Part shown: positions 1 through 10,399 of the stretch, piece after piece | How positions within the stretch are numbered: the stretch's first letter is position 1 | Layout of the letters: every line of letters begins with the position of its first letter | IMG/VR virus record: IMGVR_UViG_3300028275_000007 | Strand: one strand, 5' to 3' | DNA: 64,000 bases | From: a virus | Taxonomy: Duplodnaviria > Caudoviricetes | Translations under genes and position numbers: made by a program | Notes under the pieces: generated by a model | Databases searched by the model: none | Told to the model about the DNA's origin: nothing | The model's input: only the letters and a program-made list of their open reading frames with translations

Positions 1-357
1 TTCTTCAGCAAAATAATCTATCATAGGATGCTGTTTGTCTGTAGTTGGGCTATAGTCTATGAAACAGCCTGTGATCTTGTTTTTTCCTGCTATTACATCA
101 AAACCAAATATAGGAGCAGAGTTATGAATATGGGGGAAAATGCAACAATGCATCATCCATAGTCCTTTGGTTTCTCGAGCATCTACGACGTCAATATGAG
201 CACGACGATAAGAATCGGACCTCCAAACGCGATTAACCCACCCAGGCTGATTAAAACGATCCATTCCGGCCTCAAATATTTCAGTACCGGTCTCATCAAA
301 CTTTTGTTCAAGGAGATTTTGGACTTCAATTAAAGTATTCCAAACTTTACTGTCCAC
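1..357 (-). CDS. pcyX: Ferredoxin-dependent bilin reductase (PcyA/PcyX-like), truncated by window start; not in ORF track
   Basis: GTG start at 357, open to base 1: ...RAHIDVVDARETKGLWMMHCCIFPHIHNSAPIFGFDVIAGKNKITGCFIDYSP... matches FDBR motifs; overlaps the heme oxygenase stop. Confidence 0.75.
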   Translation of the reverse strand, partial: MDSKVWNTLIEVQNLLEQKFDETGTEIFEAGMDRFNQPGWVNRVWRSDSYRRAHIDVVDARETKGLWMMHCCIFPHIHNSAPIFGFDVIAGKNKITGCFIDYSPTTDKQHPMIDYFAEE

Positions 358-891
358 GATAAAGATCTCGCATCATTTTAATAGCAAATTCAAATGCTAC
401 ACGAGCTTCATCTCCAAGGTCGTCAGTTAATGTTGCACGAATAGCACCCTTCATATCATCAGCATTATCAAAGTCGTAAAACTTGCCACTGCTGATATGT
501 GCTACTTGTTTTTTAATGATTTGACCGCCGAATAGGTCGCCCATATGGCGGCAGTATAGATGCGCTTTAACCAAATGTTTACGTTCTGGTCATTGCCTAG
601 TTTATGTAGATATGCCTGATACTCTAGAGTAGCAGGTGTTAGATAACAATATGTACCGTCATCTAATTCTTGAAAGTCTGCGTGAATAGCACGTAGACGA
701 GGTAAATCTGGCATTGTGTCAAGAAACCCTTGACGCTTACAATACCATTCGATAGGATCATAGACTGCTAACAAATTATATAGATAGTTTCTATAATCTT
801 CTTTTTCAATTTTTCCGCTAAGTAACATCTTAGCAAACGTTGTTGTTTCTGCTTCGTGATGCAGATCTTTTGTAATCTCTCTTAGACTCAT
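347..891 (-). pseudogene. hemO: Heme oxygenase split by a 1-nt frameshift near 588-590 (assembly error or real lesion)
   Basis: The N-part MSLREITKDLHHEAE... and C-part ...AHLYCRHMGDLFGGQIIKK... are in different frames; adding one base (GAC CAG AAC to GAC CCA GAA C) gives a continuous 181-aa reading ...DPERKHLVKAHLYCRHMGD. Confidence 0.8.
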
Positions 892-1187
892 TCTTGTTCC
901 ACTGTTATGCGTAAAGGTGATCCGTTTTGACGGGCAATGCCTGTTGCTTCAATACCCTTTTGTTCGGCAATTTCAAAAGGATAAATCCCCGCAATTCCGC
1001 TCCCTGATTCGTGGATTTCTAAAGTGATATCTTTGGCTTTTGATTCAGTGTGTTTAAAAATGCCAGTTAACAAATCTATCACTAATTCCATAGGAGTCTG
1101 ATCATCATTTAAAAACACAACCTTCCACAATTTTGGTGGTTGCAATGATACAACGACTTTTTCTTCTACTACGGTTTCTGTTGACAT
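888..1187 (-). CDS. clpS: ATP-dependent Clp protease adaptor ClpS
   Basis: PKLWKVVFLNDDQTPMELVIDLL...EIHESGSGIAGIYPFEIAEQK motif. Confidence 0.92.
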   Translation of the reverse strand: MSTETVVEEKVVVSLQPPKLWKVVFLNDDQTPMELVIDLLTGIFKHTESKAKDITLEIHESGSGIAGIYPFEIAEQKGIEATGIARQNGSPLRITVEQE

Positions 1188-1220
1188 TATAACTCCTACT
1201 TCTCTTATACGTTATTTAAC

Positions 1221-1245
1221 AAAGGGCGAGTTACCCCGCCCTTTT
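1221..1245 (-). terminator. Intrinsic terminator
   Basis: AAAGGGCG..CGCCCTTT inverted repeat after hsp20. Confidence 0.7.
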
Positions 1246-1251
1246 ATTATA

Positions 1252-1686
1252 TTACTTTACATCAACGATGTCAATGACTTTTGGCTTTGCAGATTCAGGA
1301 ACATTGCGAACTAACTTAATAGTCAGCATACCATTTTCTGTTTCTGCACCAACAACTTCAATATGTTCTGCAAGAGGGAACTCTTTAACAAAATCACGAG
1401 TTGCTAGTCCACGATGTAGATATTGCTCAGGAGCATAATCTGTAGTCATACTTTCGCCCTTGACCACTAGGACATTGTTTTCAACAGTAACAGAAATTTC
1501 TGCCTTGCTAAAACCAGTAACTGCTAATTGAATAGCATATTCATTTTCTTCCAACTTCAAAATGTTGTGTGGAGGATAGTTATTAGACACGCTGTTAGCA
1601 AAACGGCGTTCCATTTGATCGAACATAGTGTCGAAACCTACAAGTGCTCTGTTTAGAGCATCTAATCTAGCTAATTGATTGTTCAT
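1252..1686 (-). CDS. Small heat-shock protein Hsp20/IbpA family (start moved to ATG 1686)
   Basis: NYPPHNILK...LAVTGF...YLHRGLATRDF..F.LAEHIEV..A..ENGMLTI; AAGGAG RBS before 1686. Confidence 0.93.
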   Translation of the reverse strand: MNNQLARLDALNRALVGFDTMFDQMERRFANSVSNNYPPHNILKLEENEYAIQLAVTGFSKAEISVTVENNVLVVKGESMTTDYAPEQYLHRGLATRDFVKEFPLAEHIEVVGAETENGMLTIKLVRNVPESAKPKVIDIVDVK

Positions 1687-1744
1687 AATAGTCTCCTTAT
1701 AAAGTAAGAACAATTAGGGGCCTCGAAAGTACCCCTGGTTATGA

Positions 1745-3637
1745 TTAGTCGGCTTTCTTCTCTGTGAAGGTAGCATCAACTACATCATCTTCTGCAGACT
1801 GAGGTTGAGCTTGAGCTTGGTCCTTAGCCTGACGTTTCTGTAGCAATACTGACATCGACGGTACAATTTTTTCCAGTGCAGATTTAATATCTTCTACGCT
1901 GTCGCCTTTTGTAGCGGTTTCAATATCAGCAAGTGCTTTTTCAATATCTGAAATCTCTGTGTCTGTCAATTCACTGCGGAACTCTTCAAGATCTTTCTTA
2001 ACTTCGTGTACTTGTGCTTCGGCTGAGTTACGAGTATCGATGAGTTCACGTGCTTTCTTATCTGCTTCTGCATTAAGCTCTGCATCTTTGATCATTTGTT
2101 GAATCTCAGATTCACTTAAACCAGAATTAGATTTAATTGTAATTTTGTTTTCTTTACCAGTGTTCTTATCTTTGGCACTGATGTGCATAATGCCGTTGGC
2201 ATCGATGTCAAAGGTAACTTCAATTTGTGGTTGTCCTCTACGTGCAGGAGCAATGCCGTCAAGTTTGAATTCACCTAGCAATTTATTATATTGTACTAGT
2301 TCACGTTCACCTTGGAAAACTTTGATATCTACTGCAGGCTGATTATCTTCAGCTGTAGAAAATACTTGTTGTCCCTTAGTTGGAATTGTGGTGTTCTTTT
2401 GAATAATCTTGGTAAACACACCGCCCATTGTTTCAATACCAAGTGACAGAGGAGTAACGTCTAGCAATAGAACGTCTTTACGATCGCCACCAAGAACAGC
2501 GCCTTGAATAGCAGCACCGACAGCAACTGCTTCGTCTGGGTTAACATCTTTACGTGGTGCTTTGCCAAATAACTTTTCTACTTCTTCTTGAACCTTAGGC
2601 ATACGTGTCTGACCACCGACTAAGATAACTTCCTCAATATCTGAGGCACTTACACCTGCATCTTGCATAGCAGTACGGCACGGTGCTAATGAACGATTAA
2701 TCAAATCTTCTACAAGTGCTTCTAGTTTAGCACGAGTAATTTTAATGTTCATATGCTTAGGACCATTAGCATCTGCTGTAATGTAAGGCAAGTTAACATC
2801 TGTGCTAGCAGAGCTAGACAGTTCAATCTTTGCTTTTTCAGCAGATTCTTTTAGACGTTGTAGAGCAAGCATATCTTTCTTTAGATCAACACCTTGTTCT
2901 TTCTTAAATTCATCAACCAAGTAATCCATAATACGTTGGTCAAAGTCTTCACCACCCAAGAAGGTGTCGCCGTTGGTGGACAACACTTCAATTTGTTTGT
3001 CACCGTCAACATCTGCAATTTCGATAATACTTACGTCAAATGTACCACCACCTAGGTCGTAGACTGCGATCTTGCGATCTTTCTTGTCTTGTTTGTCTAC
3101 ACCATATGCTAGTGCAGCCGCTGTTGGTTCGTTAATGATACGCAGTACTTCTAAACCTGCAATAGCACCAGCATCTTTTGTTGCCTGACGCTGACTGTCA
3201 TTGAAATAAGCAGGAACTGTGATAACTGCTTGTGTAACAGGCTCGCCTAAATAATCTTCGGCAGTTTTCTTCATCTTACGAAGTACTTCTGCTGAAATTT
3301 GTGGAGGTGCTAATTCTTTGCCTTGTGCCTTAACCCACGCATCACCGTTTTTGGCTTCGTAGATTTCGTATGGCATTAGGTCAAGATCTTTTTGTACAGC
3401 CTGTTCTTTGAACTTACGTCCAATTAAACGCTTGGCTGCATAAACTGTATTTTTTGGGTTTGTAACTGCTTGACGCTTTGCTGAAGCGCCAACAATAATT
3501 TCGTCGGGTGTATAGGCAACAATACTAGGAGTAGTGCGAGCACCTTCTGAATTTTCAATAACTTTGGAAGTTCCGTTCTCGATAACAGCCACGCAAGAAT
3601 TGGTGGTGCCGAGGTCAATACCGATGATCTTAGACAT
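1745..3637 (-). CDS. dnaK: Chaperone DnaK (Hsp70)
   Basis: [40 protein letters not shown] motifs; 630 aa. Confidence 0.98.
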   Translation of the reverse strand: MSKIIGIDLGTTNSCVAVIENGTSKVIENSEGARTTPSIVAYTPDEIIVGASAKRQAVTNPKNTVYAAKRLIGRKFKEQAVQKDLDLMPYEIYEAKNGDAWVKAQGKELAPPQISAEVLRKMKKTAEDYLGEPVTQAVITVPAYFNDSQRQATKDAGAIAGLEVLRIINEPTAAALAYGVDKQDKKDRKIAVYDLGGGTFDVSIIEIADVDGDKQIEVLSTNGDTFLGGEDFDQRIMDYLVDEFKKEQGVDLKKDMLALQRLKESAEKAKIELSSSASTDVNLPYITADANGPKHMNIKITRAKLEALVEDLINRSLAPCRTAMQDAGVSASDIEEVILVGGQTRMPKVQEEVEKLFGKAPRKDVNPDEAVAVGAAIQGAVLGGDRKDVLLLDVTPLSLGIETMGGVFTKIIQKNTTIPTKGQQVFSTAEDNQPAVDIKVFQGERELVQYNKLLGEFKLDGIAPARRGQPQIEVTFDIDANGIMHISAKDKNTGKENKITIKSNSGLSESEIQQMIKDAELNAEADKKARELIDTRNSAEAQVHEVKKDLEEFRSELTDTEISDIEKALADIETATKGDSVEDIKSALEKIVPSMSVLLQKRQAKDQAQAQPQSAEDDVVDATFTEKKAD

Positions 3638-3715
3638 ACATATCTCCTTATAAAGTAAGATCTAATTGAGCACTATGCTCTGTAACAAGCCCTGTGGTAC
3701 TTGCTACAAATTTAT

Positions 3716-4297
3716 TTATCTTTGATTAGCCAAAGGGCTAAAAAGTTTTCCGTCTAAACTAGATGCTGTGCGTAGAGCTTTGTATACGTTTTGTACGCCT
3801 ACTGCTTGATTCCAAGCATCTTCTAAAGCGTGATGCTTTAATACAGGGGGACGGTTAGGGTTAATACCAATATCGAATAGGGTGCGAGTATCACGGACTT
3901 CCCAGAATTGCCAAGGAATAGCCTTGCCAATTTTACGGAAAATATGTTCCATAATAATAACATCAAAGCCAGCACCGTGACTCCAAATGCGTTTAGCACC
4001 CCAACAAAATTTATACAATTGATTCATTGCATCGTGAATATTAATTCTATTTTCGGGATCAAATGCTTCGTCTTGTGCGGCCTTAGATTGGCTTGCCCAC
4101 CAATCTAGAGTGGCCTGACTAACTGTGCAACCTATACGATCGCAACTATCAACATCTACGCGAACGTAGAATTTTTCCATTGTAGGCTCGCTAAGTTCGT
4201 CTCCGAACGGATCAAACTTAACAGCACCAATAGTTAAGATAGTTGCACTAGGGAGGACGTCAAGCGTCTCCAAATCAATCATAATATCTGTATTCAT
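3716..4297 (-). CDS. DEDDh 3'-5' exonuclease/exoribonuclease (Rv2179c-like)
   Basis: IMIDLETL..., FDVII, WEVRDTRT, HHALEDA motifs. Confidence 0.85.
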   Translation of the reverse strand: MNTDIMIDLETLDVLPSATILTIGAVKFDPFGDELSEPTMEKFYVRVDVDSCDRIGCTVSQATLDWWASQSKAAQDEAFDPENRINIHDAMNQLYKFCWGAKRIWSHGAGFDVIIMEHIFRKIGKAIPWQFWEVRDTRTLFDIGINPNRPPVLKHHALEDAWNQAVGVQNVYKALRTASSLDGKLFSPLANQR

Positions 4298-4335
4298 AAT
4301 ACTATTATACTTTCTTTCATTATATAAGTCAAGTA

Positions 4336-5355
4336 TTATTTTACAAATACATCATTAATTTGTCTATTAACCCTAATAAATGTTGTACATTTGGATAATT
4401 GTTTTAGACTAGGTGCGCCTACGTATGTACAGGTACTACGAATACCACCTAATAGATCTAAAACTGTATTTTCCACAGCACCTTTGTATGGAATTGTAAC
4501 AGTACGTCCTTCACTGCTACGATATTCCGCTACACCTCCGTGGTGCTTTTCCATAGCGGTATCTGAACTCATACCATAGAATGTGACTTTGCCATCTTTG
4601 ACTTCACCGCCACCCTCGTTGTGACCTGCCAGCATACCTCCTAGCATTACAAAGTCCGCACCAGCCCCGAAAGCCTTAGCAACATCGCCAGGGCAAACAC
4701 ATCCGCCGTCAGCAATAATATGTCCGCCAAGACCGTGAGCGGCATCGGCGCATTCAATGATAGCACTAAGTTGTGGGTAGCCCACACCAGTTTGAATACG
4801 AGTAGTACAAACGCTACCAGGGCCAATGCCCACTTTAACAATATCCGCACCACGTAAAATTAACTCCTGTGTCATATCTGCGGTAACAACGTTACCAGCA
4901 ATAATAGTTGATTGAGGGAATGTTTCACGAACTCTAGAAACATAATCTCCAAATCTTTCTTGATATCCATTAGCCACATCAATACAGATAAAATGTATTT
5001 CTGGGTACTCTCGGATAATATTACTAAGGCGTTGAAAATCTTGGTCGCTGGTTCCTGTGCTAACAGCGAAATAATTTCCGCCAATGTCTTCTAGTGTTGT
5101 TTGAAAATATAAAGTATCAATATTTTTTACAAGACAAGTAAACATCCTATGTTGACATAGAGCGTGGGCCATTTGTAATGTCCCAACACCGTCCATATTA
5201 CTGGCCATAATTGGAACACCAGTCCATTCAAATTTACTATGTTTGAATTTGTAACTACGAGATAAGTCGACAGATTTTCGACTTGATAATGTAGATCTTT
5301 TTGGGCGAATCAATACATCTTTGAAGTCGAGCTTAACTTCATCTTCGATACGCAT
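4336..5355 (-). CDS. guaC: GMP reductase
   Basis: [40 protein letters not shown] motifs. Confidence 0.95.
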   Translation of the reverse strand: MRIEDEVKLDFKDVLIRPKRSTLSSRKSVDLSRSYKFKHSKFEWTGVPIMASNMDGVGTLQMAHALCQHRMFTCLVKNIDTLYFQTTLEDIGGNYFAVSTGTSDQDFQRLSNIIREYPEIHFICIDVANGYQERFGDYVSRVRETFPQSTIIAGNVVTADMTQELILRGADIVKVGIGPGSVCTTRIQTGVGYPQLSAIIECADAAHGLGGHIIADGGCVCPGDVAKAFGAGADFVMLGGMLAGHNEGGGEVKDGKVTFYGMSSDTAMEKHHGGVAEYRSSEGRTVTIPYKGAVENTVLDLLGGIRSTCTYVGAPSLKQLSKCTTFIRVNRQINDVFVK

Positions 5356-5367
5356 ATAAGGCCTTTC

Positions 5368-5607
5368 TTAGAATAATTTAGGTGGGAGTTGTTGTTCGCG
5401 AAGTTTCTTGGCCCAGCGGGCTTTGGCAGCACCTTTTTTACGTTTGCGTTCTGTTGTTGGTTTTTCGTAGAATTCTTTTTTGCGAAGAACATCAAGTGTT
5501 CCTGCTTCTTCTACTTTCTTTTTAAAACGTCTAAGAGCAGAATTAATGTTTTCATTTTCTTTTAATACTACTCCGGTACCCGATGCAATTCTATTAAATT
5601 TATTCAT
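5368..5607 (-). CDS. rpsU: Ribosomal protein bS21 (start moved to MNKFNR)
   Basis: [37 protein letters not shown]. Confidence 0.92.
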   Translation of the reverse strand: MNKFNRIASGTGVVLKENENINSALRRFKKKVEEAGTLDVLRKKEFYEKPTTERKRKKGAAKARWAKKLREQQLPPKLF

Positions 5608-5992
5608 AATTTTTTGAGATTCTCTCCAGTAAAGTTGAAATATCTTCAACACTATATATAGCACGATCGTTAGCTAAATGTAAATCTTTTAGATTACCAA
5701 AATAATAAGATTGAGGTTGGGCCGCAGTCCATCCTATAATAATATCTGTACCGTTAGGAGGAACTTCTGCATTAAACAATATAATGTCGCATTTTGGTAT
5801 TTTGTCTAATAACCAATCTACACGATTACCCATTTTCCAAACATAGTTAATAAGCGTGTGTGGAAGTTTAGATTCTAATAATGCTGTAGAAACTATTGAA
5901 CTTTGTTCATCTGATAGTTCTACGTGTAAGATACGGATACCTTGTAATAGTATATCGTCTGGAGGTGTAACAATTAAAATTCTATCACTCAT
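5600..5992 (-). CDS. Hypothetical protein
   Basis: 130-aa ORF coupled to both neighbours. Confidence 0.75.
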   Translation of the reverse strand: MSDRILIVTPPDDILLQGIRILHVELSDEQSSIVSTALLESKLPHTLINYVWKMGNRVDWLLDKIPKCDIILFNAEVPPNGTDIIIGWTAAQPQSYYFGNLKDLHLANDRAIYSVEDISTLLERISKNYE

Positions 5993-7431
5993 TTTTTAGC
6001 ATCTTGAATACGTTGCCAAATTGTTCCTGCGCCTTGTTCGGCATTTTGTTGATAGCCTTCGATTGTTTTAGTTACTTGATGTCCGTCGACATTTTCCATA
6101 TATGTTACAGGATTTATATAATCGCCTGGACGCTCATCTATTCCTGCGGTAAGGATCTTTTCTTTTGCCCATTCTTCAGCAGCAATAGCTTCAACAGTTT
6201 CTGGATTTTCTTCAGCCCATTTTTGTGCTTCTTGAGCATCTGCAATATAGTCTTCCCAAGGAAGTTTGCTGATAAGACCTCGTTCAAACAATCTACGTTG
6301 AATTTTTAGACTACTATCTGGATTATCTTTCTTCCAAGCTGTCATAGCTGCTTTTTCTATAGCTTGAACACTATTTAAAATTTCTTCTTCTTCTAGTTCA
6401 TCTTCTTTTTCGGCAGCGGCTTCAGCTTCAGCAATCATTTCATTCCACTGATCTAGTGGTTTAATTTCGTTGAATTTAGGTTCTTCATCTTCAACTCTAT
6501 AATCTTGTATGTTTGCGTGTTTTGGAAACGCCCATCCTACAGGGTGAGGATCTTTTCGAACTGGCTCTTGTTCTGCAATAGTATCTGTGCTAACTACATT
6601 AGATTCCTTTTCGGGGATGTCACTCTCCGTGGTTTCTAATTCTTTATCTTTTTCGTCACGAAACCATTGGAAACTATATTGACTTGATAATAAAAGAATA
6701 ACTGCTAGAGGATCAAATACACCGACAATAATAATGATAACCCAACGAACAGCACGTTCTAGTAAATTATTATCGGGATTATCACCGTAGATTAATGCGG
6801 CAATGTATTTTATCGGACCAACCTCTGCTTCCACCTTACGTACTTCAGCGGCGATGGGTGCCCGTTCTTCACTAAGTTTAGCAATTGTTTTCTGTTCGGC
6901 TGCAATCTCAGAAAGTAATCGAGTGCGTTCCTTGGCCTGTCCTCTACGTAGCGCAACTGCCTTGTCCGCACCTTTTTCATCTTGACTTCGACCCATAACT
7001 TGGTCCACAGCCTCATCCATTTGTTTGAGTGCTTTGCGATTTGCATCTATATTGTCCTTTGCTACTTTAATTTTTTCATCGTAGATAGAAATCTTACTTA
7101 GAACATCCCCACTTACTAGACTTTGGTCACTGTGTGCTTTTGATAGGAATCCAAAGATACCCATCGAGGTAATTACCATTAAAATTGTAATGGCAATCAT
7201 CAAGTATGTTTTAATAAAAAATGGTGCTCGTTTCCAATTTAATTTTAACCAAACTGTAGCAACAAGTTTGCTGATTTCAAGAGCAACACCCATAACAATA
7301 ATGGGGATAACTGCGGCAGCGAAGATAGCTACTAGGCCTGCAACAGAATAATAAATGGCAACAGCGGATAATGATAATCCGCTGAAAAGGGCCAAAAAGG
7401 CCATAACTTTATCGCTGGTGTGTATTCTCAT
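5989..7431 (-). CDS. Membrane protein with periplasmic coiled-coil and acidic C-terminal tail
   Basis: Several N-terminal hydrophobic helices, a heptad-rich middle, another TM (RWVIIIIVGVFDPLAVILLL), E-rich tail; TAAATA upstream. Confidence 0.75.
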   Translation of the reverse strand: MRIHTSDKVMAFLALFSGLSLSAVAIYYSVAGLVAIFAAAVIPIIVMGVALEISKLVATVWLKLNWKRAPFFIKTYLMIAITILMVITSMGIFGFLSKAHSDQSLVSGDVLSKISIYDEKIKVAKDNIDANRKALKQMDEAVDQVMGRSQDEKGADKAVALRRGQAKERTRLLSEIAAEQKTIAKLSEERAPIAAEVRKVEAEVGPIKYIAALIYGDNPDNNLLERAVRWVIIIIVGVFDPLAVILLLSSQYSFQWFRDEKDKELETTESDIPEKESNVVSTDTIAEQEPVRKDPHPVGWAFPKHANIQDYRVEDEEPKFNEIKPLDQWNEMIAEAEAAAEKEDELEEEEILNSVQAIEKAAMTAWKKDNPDSSLKIQRRLFERGLISKLPWEDYIADAQEAQKWAEENPETVEAIAAEEWAKEKILTAGIDERPGDYINPVTYMENVDGHQVTKTIEGYQQNAEQGAGTIWQRIQDAKK

Positions 7432-7441
7432 AGAAAAATAT

Positions 7442-7834
7442 TTAGTTGTGCCAAGTCCATCTATTATCTGCTTCGTTTAAACAGGCAGTAGCTTTCATAG
7501 TCTTTTCGACGTTGTATGCAATGGCTTGAATATAAACTCTTCTACAATAACCTGCACCACTAGGCCAAGTTGCTGAAGATACGGCCATACCGCTGGCATT
7601 TTTCTTATACCAGCGAACAATTTCTCCATCATTTGAAAATAAAACTGCGTGTGTGATAGCTTGATTATATGCTAGTTTTTGTTCATCGTCAAGAGTTTTA
7701 AACCAACCAAATGATAGATCCACTAACCTGTTGGTCCATTCGCCAGACCTATAATTAAAAAATCTAGGATTTTCAATTTCGTTGGCGTAGACAGGATTAC
7801 TGGCCGTGAGTATCAACAACTTCCCAACTACCAT
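7442..7834 (-). CDS. Exported protein, 17-kDa surface antigen (RT0821/Lpp0805)-like
   Basis: Signal-like N-terminus; ...GEIVRWY...PSGAGYCRRVY...ATAC...WT pattern. Confidence 0.6.
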   Translation of the reverse strand: MVVGKLLILTASNPVYANEIENPRFFNYRSGEWTNRLVDLSFGWFKTLDDEQKLAYNQAITHAVLFSNDGEIVRWYKKNASGMAVSSATWPSGAGYCRRVYIQAIAYNVEKTMKATACLNEADNRWTWHN

Positions 7835-8153
7835 CAGGCAACTGACAACTGAGCGCACGGTATTGAACATCCTGTCCTCCTTTTTTCATCCATCCATAAA
7901 AATAACCACAGTTACTACCAATTCCTGCTCGAGCGATAGTAACTCTTTTTATTTGATCGTCGGTACACTCTACGGTAGTACGACTATCAACCTTCTCTCC
8001 ATTCTTAGTCTGAATGGTCTGACTAGTATAGCAATACTGTGGTTTCTGTGCCTGAACTCTAGGTGCCGACGAACAACCTGATAACAATGTTATCAACACG
8101 AACAAAGCAATAATAATAGCCCACAAGTAATTTTTTACTGTGTAGGGATGCAT
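7797..8153 (-). CDS. Lipoprotein, Cys-rich
   Basis: Hydrophobic stretch plus lipobox LSGC; C-terminal CQLPDGSWEVV. Confidence 0.7.
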   Translation of the reverse strand: MHPYTVKNYLWAIIIALFVLITLLSGCSSAPRVQAQKPQYCYTSQTIQTKNGEKVDSRTTVECTDDQIKRVTIARAGIGSNCGYFYGWMKKGGQDVQYRALSCQLPDGSWEVVDTHGQ

Positions 8154-8644
8154 TATCGACTCGCTGTCTTTTGTTCTTTGGCTTCGGCAATCAGCTGATC
8201 AAATACAGCCTTAGGCATTTTCAATTTAACAAAAGTATAGTGACGACCTTGCATAGTGAAATGTCCAACTTCGCGATTTAGATGCTCGCGAATAGTTGTA
8301 TCTTTAACAACATAGGAAATCTTTGTGTAAGTAGATTTTTTGTCATTAACAAATTCAATCTTAGTTTCGCTGTTAACTTCGCTGTTAATACGTTTGGCAA
8401 AGTTATTCATAGCGATTGCATACATTTGTTCTTCTGCGGCTTGAGCGTGAAGCGATTCGCCTGCACCACAAGCATACGCATAATCCTTAGCGAACCAAAA
8501 CCAGCCTTCTGTGCCAGCTTGAGCGCAATCAATATACCAACTAGGTTGAGCGTAAGTCTTACGTTCCTCAACTTCTTTCATCGACGAGCAACCTGTTGCA
8601 AGAACGGACGCTGCCAAAATGCCTGCTAAAACTGCCTTTTTCAT
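8153..8644 (-). CDS. Lipoprotein (LPP20-like)
   Basis: MKKAVLAGILAASVLATGC lipobox. Confidence 0.75.
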   Translation of the reverse strand: MKKAVLAGILAASVLATGCSSMKEVEERKTYAQPSWYIDCAQAGTEGWFWFAKDYAYACGAGESLHAQAAEEQMYAIAMNNFAKRINSEVNSETKIEFVNDKKSTYTKISYVVKDTTIREHLNREVGHFTMQGRHYTFVKLKMPKAVFDQLIAEAKEQKTASR

Positions 8645-8679
8645 ATGTGCCTCTCTGTGAGTGATTTACGACAATACAA

Positions 8680-8708
8680 AGTATAACACCGCCCTTGGGC
8701 GGTGTCAA
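8680..8708 (-). promoter_or_regulatory. sigma70 promoter whose spacer is a perfect hairpin
   Basis: TTGACA-17-TATACT containing ACACCGCCC-AA-GGGCGGTGT. Confidence 0.75.
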
Positions 8709-8724
8709 TAGGTTGTTTACCAAT

Positions 8725-9039
8725 TTACTTAAAGAAAATCAATGCCATCATAACAGCCTGGGCAATGAATCCTACTCCAATAGTTACTAGATTGAGCATA
8801 TCTTTTTGGACAGCGGCCTTAATAAACAAAAGGCTAAGTCCGCTCCATACTAGCAATATTAAATCTACAGCTGGCATACGATCAGTAAGGCCAGCCATAA
8901 CTGCTAACAGGCTAGGTATTGTAGCAGAGTGTAGAAGGACAATAGCCAACCAACCAAAAGTCTCTGCTGATACGTTTGAGATTTTTTCATTAATAGAGGT
9001 TTTAAATTTTTCAAGGTTAAACTCCGGTAGCGTGATCAT
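8725..9039 (-). CDS. Small membrane protein (3 TM)
   Basis: Three hydrophobic segments. Confidence 0.75.
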   Translation of the reverse strand: MITLPEFNLEKFKTSINEKISNVSAETFGWLAIVLLHSATIPSLLAVMAGLTDRMPAVDLILLVWSGLSLLFIKAAVQKDMLNLVTIGVGFIAQAVMMALIFFK

Positions 9040-9614
9040 ATACTTTCACCTTTCTCTTTCTTTCCACGATAAAAAATGTGTTGTCCAATTTGCCCGATCT
9101 TTTCAAGCGGCCATTTTGGATTAACGTAGGCAGCGTGATAATAAAGAGCATCTTTCATTACATCTAATCTAAAATTTTCTAAAAGAACCTTTTTAGCTAC
9201 AGCATAACTTTCTGCATAGGCTTCTTTGTTCATCGGTTTTGTTTTTGCGGCTGAGTCGCAGGCCCATGAGAATTGGCATACAACTTTTTCCATAATTACA
9301 TTTTTTTGATAAACAACTCCGCAGACATCGTTACCGAATGTTCCCTTGGCTACTCTATTCATTGTAACCTGCGCAACCGCAACTTTACCTTCGAAGGGCT
9401 CATAACCTGCTTCACGATAAATGTTTTGGGCTAAACATTGTAATTGTTGTTCACGAACTTTGATAGACATTACGTCTTGTGACGAGTAAGCCTGAGCTTC
9501 TCTAAGCATAGTGAATTTCTTTTGTGTAATATTTTGAACCAAAAGAAATACTACTAAAAACCCTAGAAATAGGGATACTAATCTAAATGACTTTTCCATA
9601 AGTCCTCCTTTCAC
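9036..9614 (-). CDS. Cell wall hydrolase, SleB/Hydrolase_2 family, N-terminally anchored
   Basis: CLAQNIYREAGYEPFEGKVAVAQVTMNRV...CQFSW...ALYYHA..V.PKW...IGQHIFY. Confidence 0.92.
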   Translation of the reverse strand: MKGGLMEKSFRLVSLFLGFLVVFLLVQNITQKKFTMLREAQAYSSQDVMSIKVREQQLQCLAQNIYREAGYEPFEGKVAVAQVTMNRVAKGTFGNDVCGVVYQKNVIMEKVVCQFSWACDSAAKTKPMNKEAYAESYAVAKKVLLENFRLDVMKDALYYHAAYVNPKWPLEKIGQIGQHIFYRGKKEKGESI

Positions 9615-9619
9615 TTGGT

Positions 9620-9846
9620 GTTGTATTACTACAACATTACATTAAGGGAGTTAACTTCACGAGGCTCAATAAAAGAACCCTGACATACGTGTAGTTGTCT
9701 CCATTGGACGCATAGTCTCATAACCTATGTGCCTTTGGAGCCTTGACCGCCCGAATCTCACGGGTTTCTCATTTGGCCAAGACTCGCGGAACCTTTTCAG
9801 CTTGTGACATACTTCGGTTCTACTATCTTAGTTTCTTTGCGAAACG
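9620..9846 (-). ncRNA. Candidate structured 5' leader RNA (~230 nt) of the cell wall hydrolase gene
   Basis: Non-coding with nested stems CTTGGCC/GGTCAAG, CCCG/CGGG, CTCCA/TGGAG, CATAG/CTATG, GAACC/GGTTC; family not recognised. Confidence 0.55.
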
Positions 9847-9889
9847 TATAATATATAGTTCATTTTTTGGATATCGGTAACAAAACAGG

Positions 9890-10399
9890 TTATTTTTGAC
9901 AATTTTTAGCAACTTGTTTGCAAATTCCAACAAATTCCTCGTCTGAAAGATCTCTCTTAATGCAATTAACCTTCCACGTAACGAGTTGTATATTACCTTT
10001 AATATAACCTTTTGAACTATCAATCCTATCTATGGTACAGCTATTTGGATTACACCATTTGCCTCCCCAATTTGTCCCGCCTCTAACAAATTCTAGATCA
10101 ACTCCAGTGAAGGCACATTTCCAATTTTGAGATTCACCCACTTTATATACTTCATCTAAAGTAATCTTAATCTCTTGAGAATGTTCTCCTCTATTTGAAG
10201 CCCTAGACAAATTTTGCCTTAGGAATTTTAATCTACCACTTACAGTCAGCCAATTGTCCATTCTAGCCTGAGCTTCAAGCGGCCAGCGTTTTGTATTTTT
10301 TCGATCCCAACCCCAATCTGCATCCTGTCTTTCAGATGTAGATAGTGAGTCAAAAACTTCTCTGTAAATTTTTGATTCGTAAATTCTTTGTACGGTCAT
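9890..10399 (-). CDS. Free-standing HNH-like (His-Me finger) endonuclease
   Basis: CAFTGVDL...CTIDRIDSSKGYIKGNIQLVTWKVNCIK. Confidence 0.75.
   Translation of the reverse strand: MTVQRIYESKIYREVFDSLSTSERQDADWGWDRKNTKRWPLEAQARMDNWLTVSGRLKFLRQNLSRASNRGEHSQEIKITLDEVYKVGESQNWKCAFTGVDLEFVRGGTNWGGKWCNPNSCTIDRIDSSKGYIKGNIQLVTWKVNCIKRDLSDEEFVGICKQVAKNCQK

Noticed and set aside
502-600. Programmed frameshift in hemO
   Set aside because: No slippery heptamer or downstream stimulatory structure seen; a single-base loss in a short run explains it
9620-9860. c-di-AMP (ydaO) riboswitch or RNase P RNA
   Set aside because: Only scattered short matches (GCTGAA, AACCCG); order and conserved cores do not fit, so it is left as unassigned RNA
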